A stretch of 64,000 nucleotides of DNA from a virus. Every line of letters starts with the position of its first letter. Within the stretch, counting starts at the first letter, position 1. The DNA is taken from positions 1 through 64,000 of IMG/VR virus record IMGVR_UViG_3300033149_004284. One strand, 5' to 3'. The notes under the pieces were generated by a model that saw only the letters and a program-made list of their open reading frames with translations, was not told where the DNA came from and searched no databases. The position numbers and the translations under genes were made by a program. Shown piece by piece: positions 19,500-29,808 of the stretch.

Positions 19500-19629
19500 G
19501 ACGCGGGCGTGGCTCGCCTGCTTCCGCTAAGGGATTTTGGTTGCCCACGGTAAGCTCAGCTATGCCCCTGTATCATCCCAGACCGGTTGCCACACATACA
19601 TATATCGGGCATATTATGCCGCCCGCGCC
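19500..19629 (-). ncRNA. Candidate structured intergenic RNA
   Basis: Closing stem GGCGCGGGCG/CGCCCGCGTC, inner stems TATGCCC/GGGCATA and GCTGAG/CTTAGC, GNRA loops; in a ~200-nt gap. Confidence 0.4.
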
Positions 19630-20145
19630 TTGTCCTTTAGCCTACACGATTGTTGATTTCATTTACCTCCTTCAGTACCCTCTCCAATCTTACAAGGATG
19701 TTGTCATTCAAAACCTGGGTACAGTTGTCAAGCCGCTGAATCACTTTTGTAGGCTTGGGTATGACCAGTTCTGTTCCCTCGCCGTTTTGAGAGATTCCCA
19801 AAACATCCTCGATATAGCAGAGCCGCCTTTGAATCCGGTCTACACAATCACAGAGTGTCGCAACCTTCACTTCGTCAATCGCCTCTGGATTTCTCATCGT
19901 AGCATCCTCTTGTAACGCTGTCCCACCATAACATCCCAGTGTCATTACTTCCCCTATCCCTGTCGCCTCTGGCCCTAAGATAACCATCCTTCCTCCTTTC
20001 GGTTTTTTGCTATTCTCTCATCCCCTCTTGGTCATAGCCAACAACGCCATGATCGCCATCCCGAACCACACTCCTAACACCCAAGCTACGCCAACCCACC
20101 ATCCCATTATCCCCCCTCCAGACTCACGTTGGTCGAATACGAATA

Positions 20146-20550
20146 TCACTTGCCTCCAGCCTCCTCGCTCACCTCTTCACATGTCCAGACTAGATAGCCA
20201 GGGGTTTCGTGGAGAAGGCTCGCCACTTCCCTAGGAAGCACCTTGGACTTGACAAGTGCATTTACAGCTTTCTTGGAGACTTTGCGCTCAACCAGCTGGG
20301 GTAAAACCTCACCAAGGCCAAGGTCAGCAAGGTAGCTCTGAATCTCAGGGAAAAAGTATTCGCTATGTGTACGCCTGCTGGCTGTAAGTCTGACGCTGCC
20401 AACAATCCTTGTTTCTCGCTTGGCGACTAGAGGGCCCCAGGCTTCCTTGAGTTGCTTCTTGATAGATGCCTCGCGGCGGGCCAGGGCTTTCTGCGTTCTT
20501 CGGACGGAGTAAAGACTGTATGCCAAATATTCTAACTGTCTCTCTTTCAT
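20146..20550 (-). CDS. Gam-like / recombination-associated coiled-coil protein
   Basis: Coiled coil then ..VERKVSKKAVNALV..; at the end of the recombination module. Confidence 0.4.
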   Translation of the reverse strand: MKERQLEYLAYSLYSVRRTQKALARREASIKKQLKEAWGPLVAKRETRIVGSVRLTASRRTHSEYFFPEIQSYLADLGLGEVLPQLVERKVSKKAVNALVKSKVLPREVASLLHETPGYLVWTCEEVSEEAGGK

Positions 20551-20563
20551 ACCTATTCCTCTC

Positions 20564-21280
20564 TTACCCATGCGAGCCATTGCCCTTCCCATACTCAGCA
20601 TGGGCCGCTTGGTAGATTGACCTTGCAGTTACTTTCCCTATGCCTTTCACTGTCCTGAGTTCCTCTTGACTAGCCGATAAGACGGCCAAGGGAGTTTTCA
20701 GCTCCGCCAATAACCGCTTGGCAAGTTCCACACTGACTCGCGGGCAGCCAGTTACAATGTGGATGGCTCGAATGTCGTCTTGATTGCCCATCGCGAACGG
20801 CATCCGCCTTTTCATCAGGCTCTCATGACGCTCCTTCTGAAACCAGCTGTGGATAGAAACGAGTACCTGCGCAGCAGTGTACTTGTTTGGCGCTATAGGC
20901 AGAACTGTGACCCCGTGCTTGCTAATTGATAGCAAGGCATTGGTCAGTTGAGTATAAGTAGGCCAGGGAGGATGGACTTTGACTCCCGTCCTCGTGCGAC
21001 AGTAACCCTGCTTAGTGACAGTCAGGAATCCAAAGGGGAGCAGGAGGGAGGACTCATAGGTCAGTATCATCCGAGCAGATTGCTCAAATAGCCTGCCGCT
21101 GCGGAGGGAGCTCAGCAAGTCATCAGACGCCTTCAGCTCGACGCCAACCGAGATGCCGCCATGAGCCAGGAAGCTGACGTCTCCTGCCTCCAGCCTGGTA
21201 GTCAGGACCTCTGCGCCAGCCTCCTCCAGGAGCTCTAGCACATGGTGATGCCCACGATTGTCGGCTATAAAGAGCGCCAC
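20564..21280 (-). CDS. ERCC4 (XPF/Mus81/Hef-type) nuclease with tandem HhH
   Basis: ADNR..LEAGDV..VELKASDDLLSSLRSGRLFEQ; HhH motifs CPRVSVELA and VKGIGKVTA. Confidence 0.85.
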   Translation of the reverse strand: MALFIADNRGHHHVLELLEEAGAEVLTTRLEAGDVSFLAHGGISVGVELKASDDLLSSLRSGRLFEQSARMILTYESSLLLPFGFLTVTKQGYCRTRTGVKVHPPWPTYTQLTNALLSISKHGVTVLPIAPNKYTAAQVLVSIHSWFQKERHESLMKRRMPFAMGNQDDIRAIHIVTGCPRVSVELAKRLLAELKTPLAVLSASQEELRTVKGIGKVTARSIYQAAHAEYGKGNGSHG

Positions 21281-21299
21281 AGGACTATCCTCTTACAGA

Positions 21300-22331
21300 C
21301 TATTCCTCGCCATATAGACTGCCGTCTTCCTTGACCAATTCACTTAAGTCGAACGTCTCTGTATCCAGGCCTGGCTCCTGGCTTAGTCTTTGATCCACAA
21401 ACTTAACAATTCCCATTTTCTCAAGTTCGGGTATCTCCTTGGAGTAGAGGCCTGATATCATTGTTAAGATAGACTCTCGTCTATCAGCAGCCTCTTTGCT
21501 GTCTAGGACTTCTTTGAGCGCATCCAAGGTAGCCTGAGGTGTGCCGAATTTGGCCTTAGCCTCAGGAATGTCTGAACATTCCAAGAGGTAGAGCGCCTCC
21601 TTGGGACTACGGCCTAAGGCTACAGCAGCCCTAGTGAAGTCCAGCCAGTCTGAGACTGGGGTTCCTGCTAACCCTACTGGTTTCTCCTCACCAGACTCAT
21701 CTAGCAGCGGTCTCTCCTCGCTTGCCATGGATACTACTAGCCCCTCCTCCCTCGACAGAGTAGCCGTTGGCAGTGTAGAGAAAGGAGACTCACCACTGAG
21801 CTCCTCCCAGCCATAGAGATGACTCGATATATCTGGAAATAAAGCTCGTCCTCCTCTTAGGATACATCTGGCTCGATGCATGTCCTTACCGAACTTACGG
21901 TAGGTGTCCTTGTTTGCAAAGCCAGCCCGCTTGTCATCAGCAGATGACCAAGTTGTGGTATAGGCGCTGGGGATTCCCTTTCGCTTCATGGTCATTGTGC
22001 AGGAATCGTCTGTCTCCTCGAAGGAGATATCCTCCAGGAGGCCGCTCCTGAAGATGAGGGCCAAGATAGTTTGAGAGTCTGCCTGGACCGCTCCGTGAAC
22101 TGGGAACAGGCCCCCGCTGACGGATACCATTGGAGGGAGGCCTAACTCACGCCCCCTGAGCATCACTGCCAGTGCTTTCTCAGGAGTATCTAAGCTCTTT
22201 GGGAGGAACCCAGATTCGACTAAGACGTTGGCCTGAGCTCTCATTTCCTCGAAGGAGGCCATGGGCGTAGGCTGCCTGATAGCTGGAACCTGGGAAGTTT
22301 GCGATTGTTGTGAATCTATCACCTCGGTCAT
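21300..22331 (-). CDS. RecT-like single-strand annealing protein
   Basis: A..L.ESGFLP..KALAVMLRGRELGLPPM..KRAGF..Y.KF..DM..AR..RALFPD. Confidence 0.75.
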   Translation of the reverse strand: MTEVIDSQQSQTSQVPAIRQPTPMASFEEMRAQANVLVESGFLPKSLDTPEKALAVMLRGRELGLPPMVSVSGGLFPVHGAVQADSQTILALIFRSGLLEDISFEETDDSCTMTMKRKGIPSAYTTTWSSADDKRAGFANKDTYRKFGKDMHRARCILRGGRALFPDISSHLYGWEELSGESPFSTLPTATLSREEGLVVSMASEERPLLDESGEEKPVGLAGTPVSDWLDFTRAAVALGRSPKEALYLLECSDIPEAKAKFGTPQATLDALKEVLDSKEAADRRESILTMISGLYSKEIPELEKMGIVKFVDQRLSQEPGLDTETFDLSELVKEDGSLYGEE

Positions 22332-22957
22332 GACTCATCCCACCTTTCTCTGTCTGCTCTGTTTTGCCATTCTGATACCCAGTTAGGCATGGGTTCCAAT
22401 TTCTCACCCCGCAGGCGAGCCTCCTCCTTGAGCCAAGTGTCCTCAGCCTCGTCGTCCAATTCAACAAAGGGACCTCGGAAGGGGCCTTTGCGATTCTCTA
22501 GTTCTTGAAAGAAGGCTTGGTCCATAACCTCCTCTAACTCTTCAGACAATTCAGGCGTTCTCACTTTGCCTCCTTTACCAAAGTAACATCGACGGAAGAA
22601 ATACTTACTCCGACTTGAAAGCGGGTTTTGTGCCTCCAAAACCGCATAATGCCGCTCGGATACTCACAGTCTGTTCGTAAAATGGGAATAAGGTTGAAGA
22701 GACTTTTGGGAACCGTCTCCTCAGTAAACTTCCAATTTACATCATCACAGTAGGCGGCTATCTCAGATATCCACTTTTCGCCTATTCGTGTCACTCCCAC
22801 GACTGCAATTTGCATGAAGCCGCTCTCATGCTTGCGACGTGTGGGGACAAGATATAGCCAGTCGTAAGTCGATACTTCGTCCCAAGGCCTTTCAGGTAGG
22901 CTCAATAGGGCCTTATGGGTGATCTTACCTAGAACTTCCATGATATACCTCCCCTAT

Positions 22958-23707
22958 TCAACAAATGTCTCGATAGCTACACCAACGGCATAAGTAGGAT
23001 TCTCTCCTGGGAAATCTGCCTGCCGAGACTCCTTCAACGAACTCTGGGATAATCACGGAGTCAAGTTCATCTAACTGTGCCTCACTACGGTGAACTTCAG
23101 CGATCTGCCACTGAACTGGGAGAGCCTTGGTGCCGATTACAAATAGGAATCTATGCCCAGGAATCTGTTTCATATAGCAAGTGGATTGCAAATCCTCCTT
23201 GAGGCGTTTCTTGGGCCAAGGTCGAGAGGCAGTTTTGAAATCGTAGATAGCGTCTTCAGTCACTAGGTCAGGATGAGATATAAAGGGCAGATGACCGCCG
23301 TCTGGCAGTGAAACCTGTCTCCTCACTGTCATCTCCACGCCCACGATGGGAGAGAGGATAGATGGGGCTATCTCAGTCATGTAGGAGCGAACCATGGCGA
23401 GGCCTAAGGCCCGGAGATCGCTGGGATCGTTCCCAGACCAGTCGATCTGCTCTGTGAAAGTCACTACCCCATCTCGGAAGAAGTCATCTGTGATCCCACA
23501 ATCCCACTCTCTCTCGAATGCTGACAGAGCCCTGGTTTCCTCGTCTATCAGCCCAGCCGCTATGCCAGCATGCACACACCTACCAAAGTAAAGTGGCCAT
23601 GGGCATGCTACTGGGATGGCTAGAACTTCCGAAAGATAGAACTTCCGAGGACACTGACGGTACTGGGATAGATATGTATAGGAGAGAGACTTAAGCTCGA
23701 AACTCAT
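22958..23707 (-). CDS. Cas4/RecB-like PD-(D/E)XK exonuclease
   Basis: SYTYLSQYRQCPRKF, G..VH, PDL..IYDFKT, Q..Y, CRWCSYRDIC. Confidence 0.85.
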   Translation of the reverse strand: MSFELKSLSYTYLSQYRQCPRKFYLSEVLAIPVACPWPLYFGRCVHAGIAAGLIDEETRALSAFEREWDCGITDDFFRDGVVTFTEQIDWSGNDPSDLRALGLAMVRSYMTEIAPSILSPIVGVEMTVRRQVSLPDGGHLPFISHPDLVTEDAIYDFKTASRPWPKKRLKEDLQSTCYMKQIPGHRFLFVIGTKALPVQWQIAEVHRSEAQLDELDSVIIPEFVEGVSAGRFPRRESYLCRWCSYRDIC

Positions 23708-24288
23708 ACCAGTCTCTCCTCACACTTGCTTGGTCTCTCCACATATCTCCCTACCCTTCCCATCTCATCATAGACGACTTCACATGGCAACTCGCCCTTT
23801 GTCCAGGCCAACCCGTTTATGATGATAGTTGTGCCCTCGTCATATTTACATAAGAGGCTATAAAGTAGAGATAATTCTTGTTCATAGCCTCTGATTTGAC
23901 CCATAAGGCCATATCGAGGCAGGGCAACAACAGGAGTGACTTTGCCTGTTAGCCAATTCTTCCTTGCAGGCTTTAGAACCTCAGTTAATGGCTCTTTGCG
24001 AAGATCATCTAGTTCCATCTGATACTTTTCAAGTATGGGCTCAATTACGGTCCTGAGGTCACTCTGTGGCTTACTCATGCTAACTCCCCTGTGAACTCTA
24101 GGCTATCTCTGGGCTTGATCTCCACCCTGACTTTGGCTCCTCTCAATGCCTCAAACAAGTCCTGGCCGTAATGACGCTGTGCTGTTCTCAGAGTTAGCAC
24201 CACTATGCTCTCCTGGCTAGATGCCGAACGACTTACTATTCTAACCAACTCACCGCTCAGAGTGATTTTCATGGATGTCCTCCTGGAT

Positions 24289-24360
24289 GGTGGGCTAGGG
24301 CAAGAATGCTACTCTAGCCCACCTTCTCAAGGGAGATAAGCCTAAGGCAGACTTACTCCC
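24289..24360. promoter_or_regulatory. Two adjacent intergenic hairpins (processing/attenuation site?)
   Basis: GGTGGGCTAGGG/CTCTAGCCCACC 12-bp stem and GGGAG-TAAG/CTTA-CTCCC stem; no U-tract. Confidence 0.4.
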
Positions 24361-24367
24361 CGCGACT

Positions 24368-25075
24368 CTAAAATCTCATCTCAAAGCTGTAGGCTCCGTT
24401 CTCCTCACTCACGCACTCGGCTGCTACTAGGCTGCTCAGAGCGCTGGCTCCTCTAGTGGCTATCGCGGCTTTGAGTCCCTTCTCGTGCTGATTGATGCTC
24501 AGCATCATCAAGGCAGGCCACTTGAGAGGGCCCTTGCCCGAAGCCTTGGCAGCTTCCAGAGTGTCCAGGAGAGCGTTCTGCACAGCTTCATCTGAGTCAG
24601 AGCCAGCAGAGCCAGTCTCCTCGGTCACGTCTCTCTTGCCCAAGTACTTGGTAGGGACCAGGATCATGGGCTCCCTATCACCGATCTTGATCTTGCGTCC
24701 TGATACCTCGGACATGGTCTTACGTTCCCAGTGGAAGGTCATACCCTCCCAAACTGAGGCCTCGTCCCCAGGAGGCAACTTAGCCTCACACTTCAGAGCG
24801 GACTTAACCAGGAGGTCTATCTTGGAGTTCTCCTTGAACTGAGCTCCTCCTACTCTAAGCCCACCGTCCAGTACCACGAAGTCGCCCTTGCCAAGTGAGT
24901 ACCAGGCAAGCTGATTCTCGCCTGCGTAGTCAGGGTCTAGGTTCTTGATCGAGAGAACCATCTGTACTCCGTAGTCGCCCTCTTGGAAGACGGCGGTCTC
25001 CACCACTCCATCGAACTTGTCCAGGAAGCCTGCAGGTTCAGGATTCCTGTTCCAACCAAACTCTCCTTTAGGCAT
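24368..25075 (-). CDS. Putative ssDNA-binding protein
   Basis: Strong RBS; aromatic/Gly beta-rich N-domain with acidic linker; directly upstream of exonuclease and RecT genes. Confidence 0.45.
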   Translation of the reverse strand: MPKGEFGWNRNPEPAGFLDKFDGVVETAVFQEGDYGVQMVLSIKNLDPDYAGENQLAWYSLGKGDFVVLDGGLRVGGAQFKENSKIDLLVKSALKCEAKLPPGDEASVWEGMTFHWERKTMSEVSGRKIKIGDREPMILVPTKYLGKRDVTEETGSAGSDSDEAVQNALLDTLEAAKASGKGPLKWPALMMLSINQHEKGLKAAIATRGASALSSLVAAECVSEENGAYSFEMRF

Positions 25076-25863
25076 GTCTTTCTCCTTTATGTAGATAAAC
25101 GGCTAACCGATCTAGGCCTTATTCCCCTATTCTCCTCCTTTCGATTTTATCAGCTTGGCAGATGCGAGCAAGAACTGCCAGCAAGGATGAACCACAGAAG
25201 ACCGCAGTGGCAGTGGGGAGATCTCCGAGACACAACAGGATAGTAGCTGCAAATCCGCCAAGTGTCGCTAGGGCCATGAGGAAGTTGTCCATCGTTACCT
25301 CTTTTCTCCAATCGAGTCCTTGCATTGTGAATCTCCCTTTTCTGTTTTAGCCCGCTGCCGAGACCTCTTAAGTCAGCTCCTACTGCGATGTGTGCTAAGG
25401 TAGCAAGACCTTCCTTTTTACTGTCTAGCATCAATCCTCTAGGTTAAAGCAAGTACTGCCAAGAGACAAGCACCAACGAGCACACCAGCAATAGATGACC
25501 AGCCAGGTCTCGCCATAGGCCTCATTCCATAGGTACCTCCTCATTGCCAGGAGCCTCGCGGGGCTTCATCTCGATCTCAACTACATTCTTCTTGGCCAGA
25601 AGAACACTCAATTTCCCGCCCCCCGATTCTCGGACTGTAAGTGAATTCTTGACGCCACGGGTCAGGAAGATCTTCCAACGAGGCCCTTTCCAATCCTCGC
25701 CCAGCATGTCTATAACTATGCCGCCGAGATCTTCGGTAAACCCCGTATCGCCTTCACTAACGATCTCCTCCCAGGCACCAGGACATTCACTGCCTTTGGG
25801 GAACTTAACCAAGTAAACCTTCATTATCCCTCCTTTCCCTTGGACATACTTAGTTGTAACAGG

Positions 25864-27444
25864 CTAGCTACTTCCTTTTTTTCTCCAAACTATGGCATCT
25901 TTGAACCACTGGGGGAAATAGTCTCTATACTTATTGACCAGCCAACCCAGATGCCCGTCTAGCATGTAATTGACCGACCAGTCAGTGGGACTCCTAGTTG
26001 TACGCCCCGTAGTCTGCACGATGTTCATGCAGGTCTGATACTGATACCAACGCTTGCTCTCGTTTGCCCTCGCCCGAATCTGCGGATCGGCTAGGGACGG
26101 AAAGGGCGTTTTGACCTGGATGGCGAATCTCGCTCTATCGTCATCGAAGGAGACCCCCTCGGACATAGATGGTGACACGAGAACCTTCGGTCCCTCTGCT
26201 GCCATGAACTCACCCAAGACCTCGCTCCTGTCCGCTCGGCCATGGGTTATCATGTACTCAGACCACCGCGAGTAGGCAAGTAGATAGTCTCGTATCTTGT
26301 AGCTCACGCTGTGAATGATACCCTTCTGGCCCTCGGCGAAATGCCTATCTAGTATCTTGTCGCATTCTTGGACTACTCTGGGAAGTTGGCTCTCCAGTGT
26401 CTTGCGATTCAACTTAACCACAGCCAGATTTATCAAAGGTCTACTTGCAACAGGAAAGGTAGATTGCACTTCAAGGCTACCATGCTCTCCTATTCCTAAC
26501 ACCTCAGGGAACGGTGGCGTTGCCGACATGAGCAGAAACTTCTGGCCATGCTTGAACAAGTACGGATAGGCATACTTGCTAACCCACACTGGCTTGAACT
26601 TGACAGACCAGGGTTTGTATTCCTCCAGCCAGGTCTCATTGAGCTCAGACAGCTTCCCGACTTCCTTGTAGACGCGGTCAAGTCTTTGGTAGTCTTTCAT
26701 GAAGGACTTATCCCAATTGAATGATTGAGCCTGGGCAGCGAGCTTAGCCAGGACATCGCTGACCTTGGGCAGGATGGCCATTGCCCATTCTTTCCACCTT
26801 GTAAAGCCTTTGAGACTGGGAACTTGGATGCCATACTTACCCAGGAGCTTCTTGTTGATAGAGATATTCACCCAGGACATGAGCTCCCGTTCTGTACGGT
26901 GAGACTCATCCAAGATCACAAAAGGCCGTCTCATCTTGCCAATATAGTTGAGCTCATTGAGAGCATAAGCGTAGGGCATCGCCACGATGTCTGCTCCTAG
27001 CGCCCTCTTCTTAGCCAGGTAGTAGGGACATTTCGAGAACTTCACTGGGCACTGATCTCCCATAGTACATGGTGCGATGTCTGCAGTGAGATGCGGATAA
27101 ACATAACAAGGATAATTACTCCTGCCTTTCATCACCACGACGCTTTCTGGGAAGGACATCTCATATTGAGAAGCCAGCTGCTTGGTGCCAACTAAGATGA
27201 GAGCTCTGAGCCTTAGCTCTTTTGCTACTGCGCAGCCAATCAACGACTTGCCCGTTCCGGTGGGTCCGCTCAGGCTTACAAGATTGTAAGAATCGCTAAG
27301 TTGTTTGGCGATTTCCCCAATGGCCTCGCGCTGATGGAGTCTCCAGTGCGGAAACCTTTCCCCTGGAAACCCCAAATCGGCAGGGGTGTCATAATTCATC
27401 GGCGCGTGGTCGGCGGGGAATCCTAGTTCTGATGGTCTAATCAT
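25864..27444 (-). CDS. DinG/XPD-family SF2 helicase with Fe-S cluster
   Basis: GPTGTGKS, KGRSNYPC..C..C..CPYY, DESH, MSAT, EGVSF, QTTGRTTRS. Confidence 0.9.
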   Translation of the reverse strand: MIRPSELGFPADHAPMNYDTPADLGFPGERFPHWRLHQREAIGEIAKQLSDSYNLVSLSGPTGTGKSLIGCAVAKELRLRALILVGTKQLASQYEMSFPESVVVMKGRSNYPCYVYPHLTADIAPCTMGDQCPVKFSKCPYYLAKKRALGADIVAMPYAYALNELNYIGKMRRPFVILDESHRTERELMSWVNISINKKLLGKYGIQVPSLKGFTRWKEWAMAILPKVSDVLAKLAAQAQSFNWDKSFMKDYQRLDRVYKEVGKLSELNETWLEEYKPWSVKFKPVWVSKYAYPYLFKHGQKFLLMSATPPFPEVLGIGEHGSLEVQSTFPVASRPLINLAVVKLNRKTLESQLPRVVQECDKILDRHFAEGQKGIIHSVSYKIRDYLLAYSRWSEYMITHGRADRSEVLGEFMAAEGPKVLVSPSMSEGVSFDDDRARFAIQVKTPFPSLADPQIRARANESKRWYQYQTCMNIVQTTGRTTRSPTDWSVNYMLDGHLGWLVNKYRDYFPQWFKDAIVWRKKGSS

Positions 27445-27787
27445 CCAAGACCTCTGAGAGTACCTGGGCATCTTTGGGCAGAACCAGGAACGGAAATCTC
27501 TGTTGCATAGCGGCCATCCTAGATAGAATAGTTTGGCTTCCTGTATTCCGCCAATCTGCTGCTAGACGTTGAAAGGTGGCCCTAATGTTCTCCCTGCGTC
27601 TAACAATCCGCCTAGATTGAATCAGGGAAAGCTCATCCTCAGTAAACCCCTGATCTTCCTCAATAGCTTTCTGAAGCTTCTCTCTTGCATACTCTGAGAT
27701 GTTCCCGCCACGGCGGTTGGTGACTCTGATAAGACCATCCCAGGTCTCATCATCTAGGCGAACCCGAATCGTGTGATTGAGAGCCAA
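27437..27787 (-). CDS. Ribbon-helix-helix DNA-binding protein
   Basis: TIRVRLDDETW..NISEYARE. Confidence 0.65.
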   Translation of the reverse strand: MALNHTIRVRLDDETWDGLIRVTNRRGGNISEYAREKLQKAIEEDQGFTEDELSLIQSRRIVRRRENIRATFQRLAADWRNTGSQTILSRMAAMQQRFPFLVLPKDAQVLSEVLDD

Positions 27788-28145
27788 TGTTGTCTCCTCC
27801 TGTTCTTTTTCGGGTTACCTCGAGTGCCCTGACGACGGCAGGTTCCAGGCCTAAATTGGGATAAGTCTCGCGAAGACTCTGAATCGCTTCGAGGTGAGTA
27901 AAGTCACCCGTTTTAGTCCAAAGGCTATAGAGAGTCTTCACCTTCTCCTCAGCTAACTCAATGCTATGAAGTTGATGATAGAGGCTGGCAAGGGAACGTT
28001 CCCCCTCAGACGTTCCCCTAAGAATCTTCTCCTCAATCGCGGATCGCACATATTCAGAGAGCGAGGACCTGCCAGTCTCAAGAGCCTCACGGAGAGCAGC
28101 ATATTCAACCCCGCTTAGACGGACCGAAATGACCTTCTCTTTCAT
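27750..28145 (-). CDS. Ribbon-helix-helix DNA-binding protein (paralog of neighbour)
   Basis: VISVRLSGVEY..SLSEYVRSAI; RBS GGAGG. Confidence 0.65.
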   Translation of the reverse strand: MKEKVISVRLSGVEYAALREALETGRSSLSEYVRSAIEEKILRGTSEGERSLASLYHQLHSIELAEEKVKTLYSLWTKTGDFTHLEAIQSLRETYPNLGLEPAVVRALEVTRKRTGGDNIGSQSHDSGSPR

Positions 28146-28393
28146 TTCTCCTCCCTTTTGTATGACGGTAAGAACAGGGCGTTTACGTCCAAAACAGCCA
28201 AATCCTATAAAATCTCGCAATCAACAGTAACCAACCGCTATACATAACATGTGTAAACAATCATACGGCTTTTTGACTCTGGCCTATTAAAGAATAGAGT
28301 AGATTTCTCGGTGGGACGGAGACAGAATCCTTGTAAACGCATAAACATCCTACGCCCCGTTGACGTATTATCGTGTGAATCTAGCCTAATTCT

Positions 28394-28422
28394 ACTATAG
28401 CACAAACGTACACGGTTGTCAA
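28394..28422 (-). promoter_or_regulatory. Sigma70-type promoter for the RHH/helicase/recombination operon
   Basis: TTGACA-17 nt-TATAGT with extended -10 TG. Confidence 0.8.
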
Positions 28423-28441
28423 GTCCCAATTTCACCCCCAC

Positions 28442-28536
28442 CTATGGGCGTCGTTATGTCTAGTGGCTATGAGTGTCGTTATGTCTAGTGACTACCCTCG
28501 GACAGCTACCCGCGGACAGCTACCCTCGGATAACTA
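28442..28536. repeat. Tandem direct repeats (2x ~26 bp, 3x 14 bp)
   Basis: CTATGRGYGTCGTTATGTCTAGTG twice; CTACCCKCGGAYAR three times. Confidence 0.8.
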
Positions 28537-28669
28537 TCTATGAAACCCTATCCAGGCCAGGCAACCGAGCAAGACCACTATTGCTATCCCCGCCTCGACA
28601 GCCAGAATCTCCCAAATCAGTGTGGGCATGATTCACGTATCTCCCTTGGGCAATGTTTCATATGTCTCC

Positions 28670-29095
28670 CTATGGTTCACAGACCTCCTCTGGGCATGAT
28701 TCACATGCCTCCCCTGGGTACACTTCACATACCTCTCTGGTGGGCCACCATGCCCAATTCTCACCAAGAGCATGGCAAGCTGCGAGACTGCTCATCCAGG
28801 GACTCAAACGCGGATCGCCGTTCTTCTCCCAGTTCCATGTTACGCCCATATCGCGTAAGGCAACTCTGATGGATTCCTCATGCCACTGCCAAAGAGAAAC
28901 AGCAGCCCCGTTATCGCCAACGGCATGTAGGTCCCAGTGCGACTCGTGCTCTACTATGCAGCAGGCCAGACTAGGGTCTACATGGTAGAGGCCCGCCGAG
29001 ACTCTGACAACAGCCCTGAGATAGTCCTCTGGTGGCGGCTCAGATGCAGGGTGGATAGCCAATATGAGCAGGGCAGCCAGAATGCGAGGGTTCAA
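28670..29095 (-). CDS. SLT/lysozyme-fold transglycosylase with signal peptide
   Basis: MNPRILAALLILAIH; CIVEHES.W...AVGDNG.A.SLWQ. Confidence 0.7.
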   Translation of the reverse strand: MNPRILAALLILAIHPASEPPPEDYLRAVVRVSAGLYHVDPSLACCIVEHESHWDLHAVGDNGAAVSLWQWHEESIRVALRDMGVTWNWEKNGDPRLSPWMSSLAACHALGENWAWWPTREVCEVYPGEACESCPEEVCEP

Positions 29096-29808
29096 AATGG
29101 TGCCTCCTTGTCTCCTGTAGCAGCCTTGGCAGCTGCGATCCTGTCAGCTTGCATCAGGGCCGCCTCTTGAGCGTCCGCAATATGCCTACCGAGGCTATAT
29201 CCTTGCTCGTCTATTTCTGCCTGCGCTATCTGGTCATGTATCTCGGCGATCTCGTCAGGCAAGCGTCCTCCTGTGCAGTTCTCACAAGGCTCTTCTACGA
29301 ATCCGCCAGCTTCTGGATAGTCTTCAAGAACATAGCCCGTGTCGAAACATTTTGTACAATTGTGCAACATGTCTATTGTCCTTAGAAATACTTGATAGGA
29401 GCACCGAGATAGAGCATCTCTCCCTTTTTCGCCGTTCTCGAACACATTCCTGATTGTTGAAGCTACAGCATTTGCCGGTCTACCAACATTTCTCCAACCC
29501 GCCAGTCACCAGGAAGCGCATCAGCCCGTCTTTGAGCAGCTTCTCTAGTACTCCACGCGGAGTCTACCTCCCAAGGATCGTGGTTACTAAAGCATACCAG
29601 ATATACAATAGACGGCTTCCTTCCCTCTATTATACCAGTGAAATCTTCTGGTGGATTGGTGACATCAACACCCTCACCAGTTACTGTATGTCCTTCCCAG
29701 TCTCCCTTACGCATCATGTGTCCTCCTATAATCTCTCTAATATCCACAATCCTGCTTGGACGGCCAGTAACACTAGCACACAAAGAACAGGTGGTTTCTC
29801 TTCTCTGT

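Noticed and set aside
22958-23707. Cas4-like gene as part of a CRISPR-Cas system
   Set aside because: No other cas genes or array; it sits beside RecT as a typical phage exonuclease
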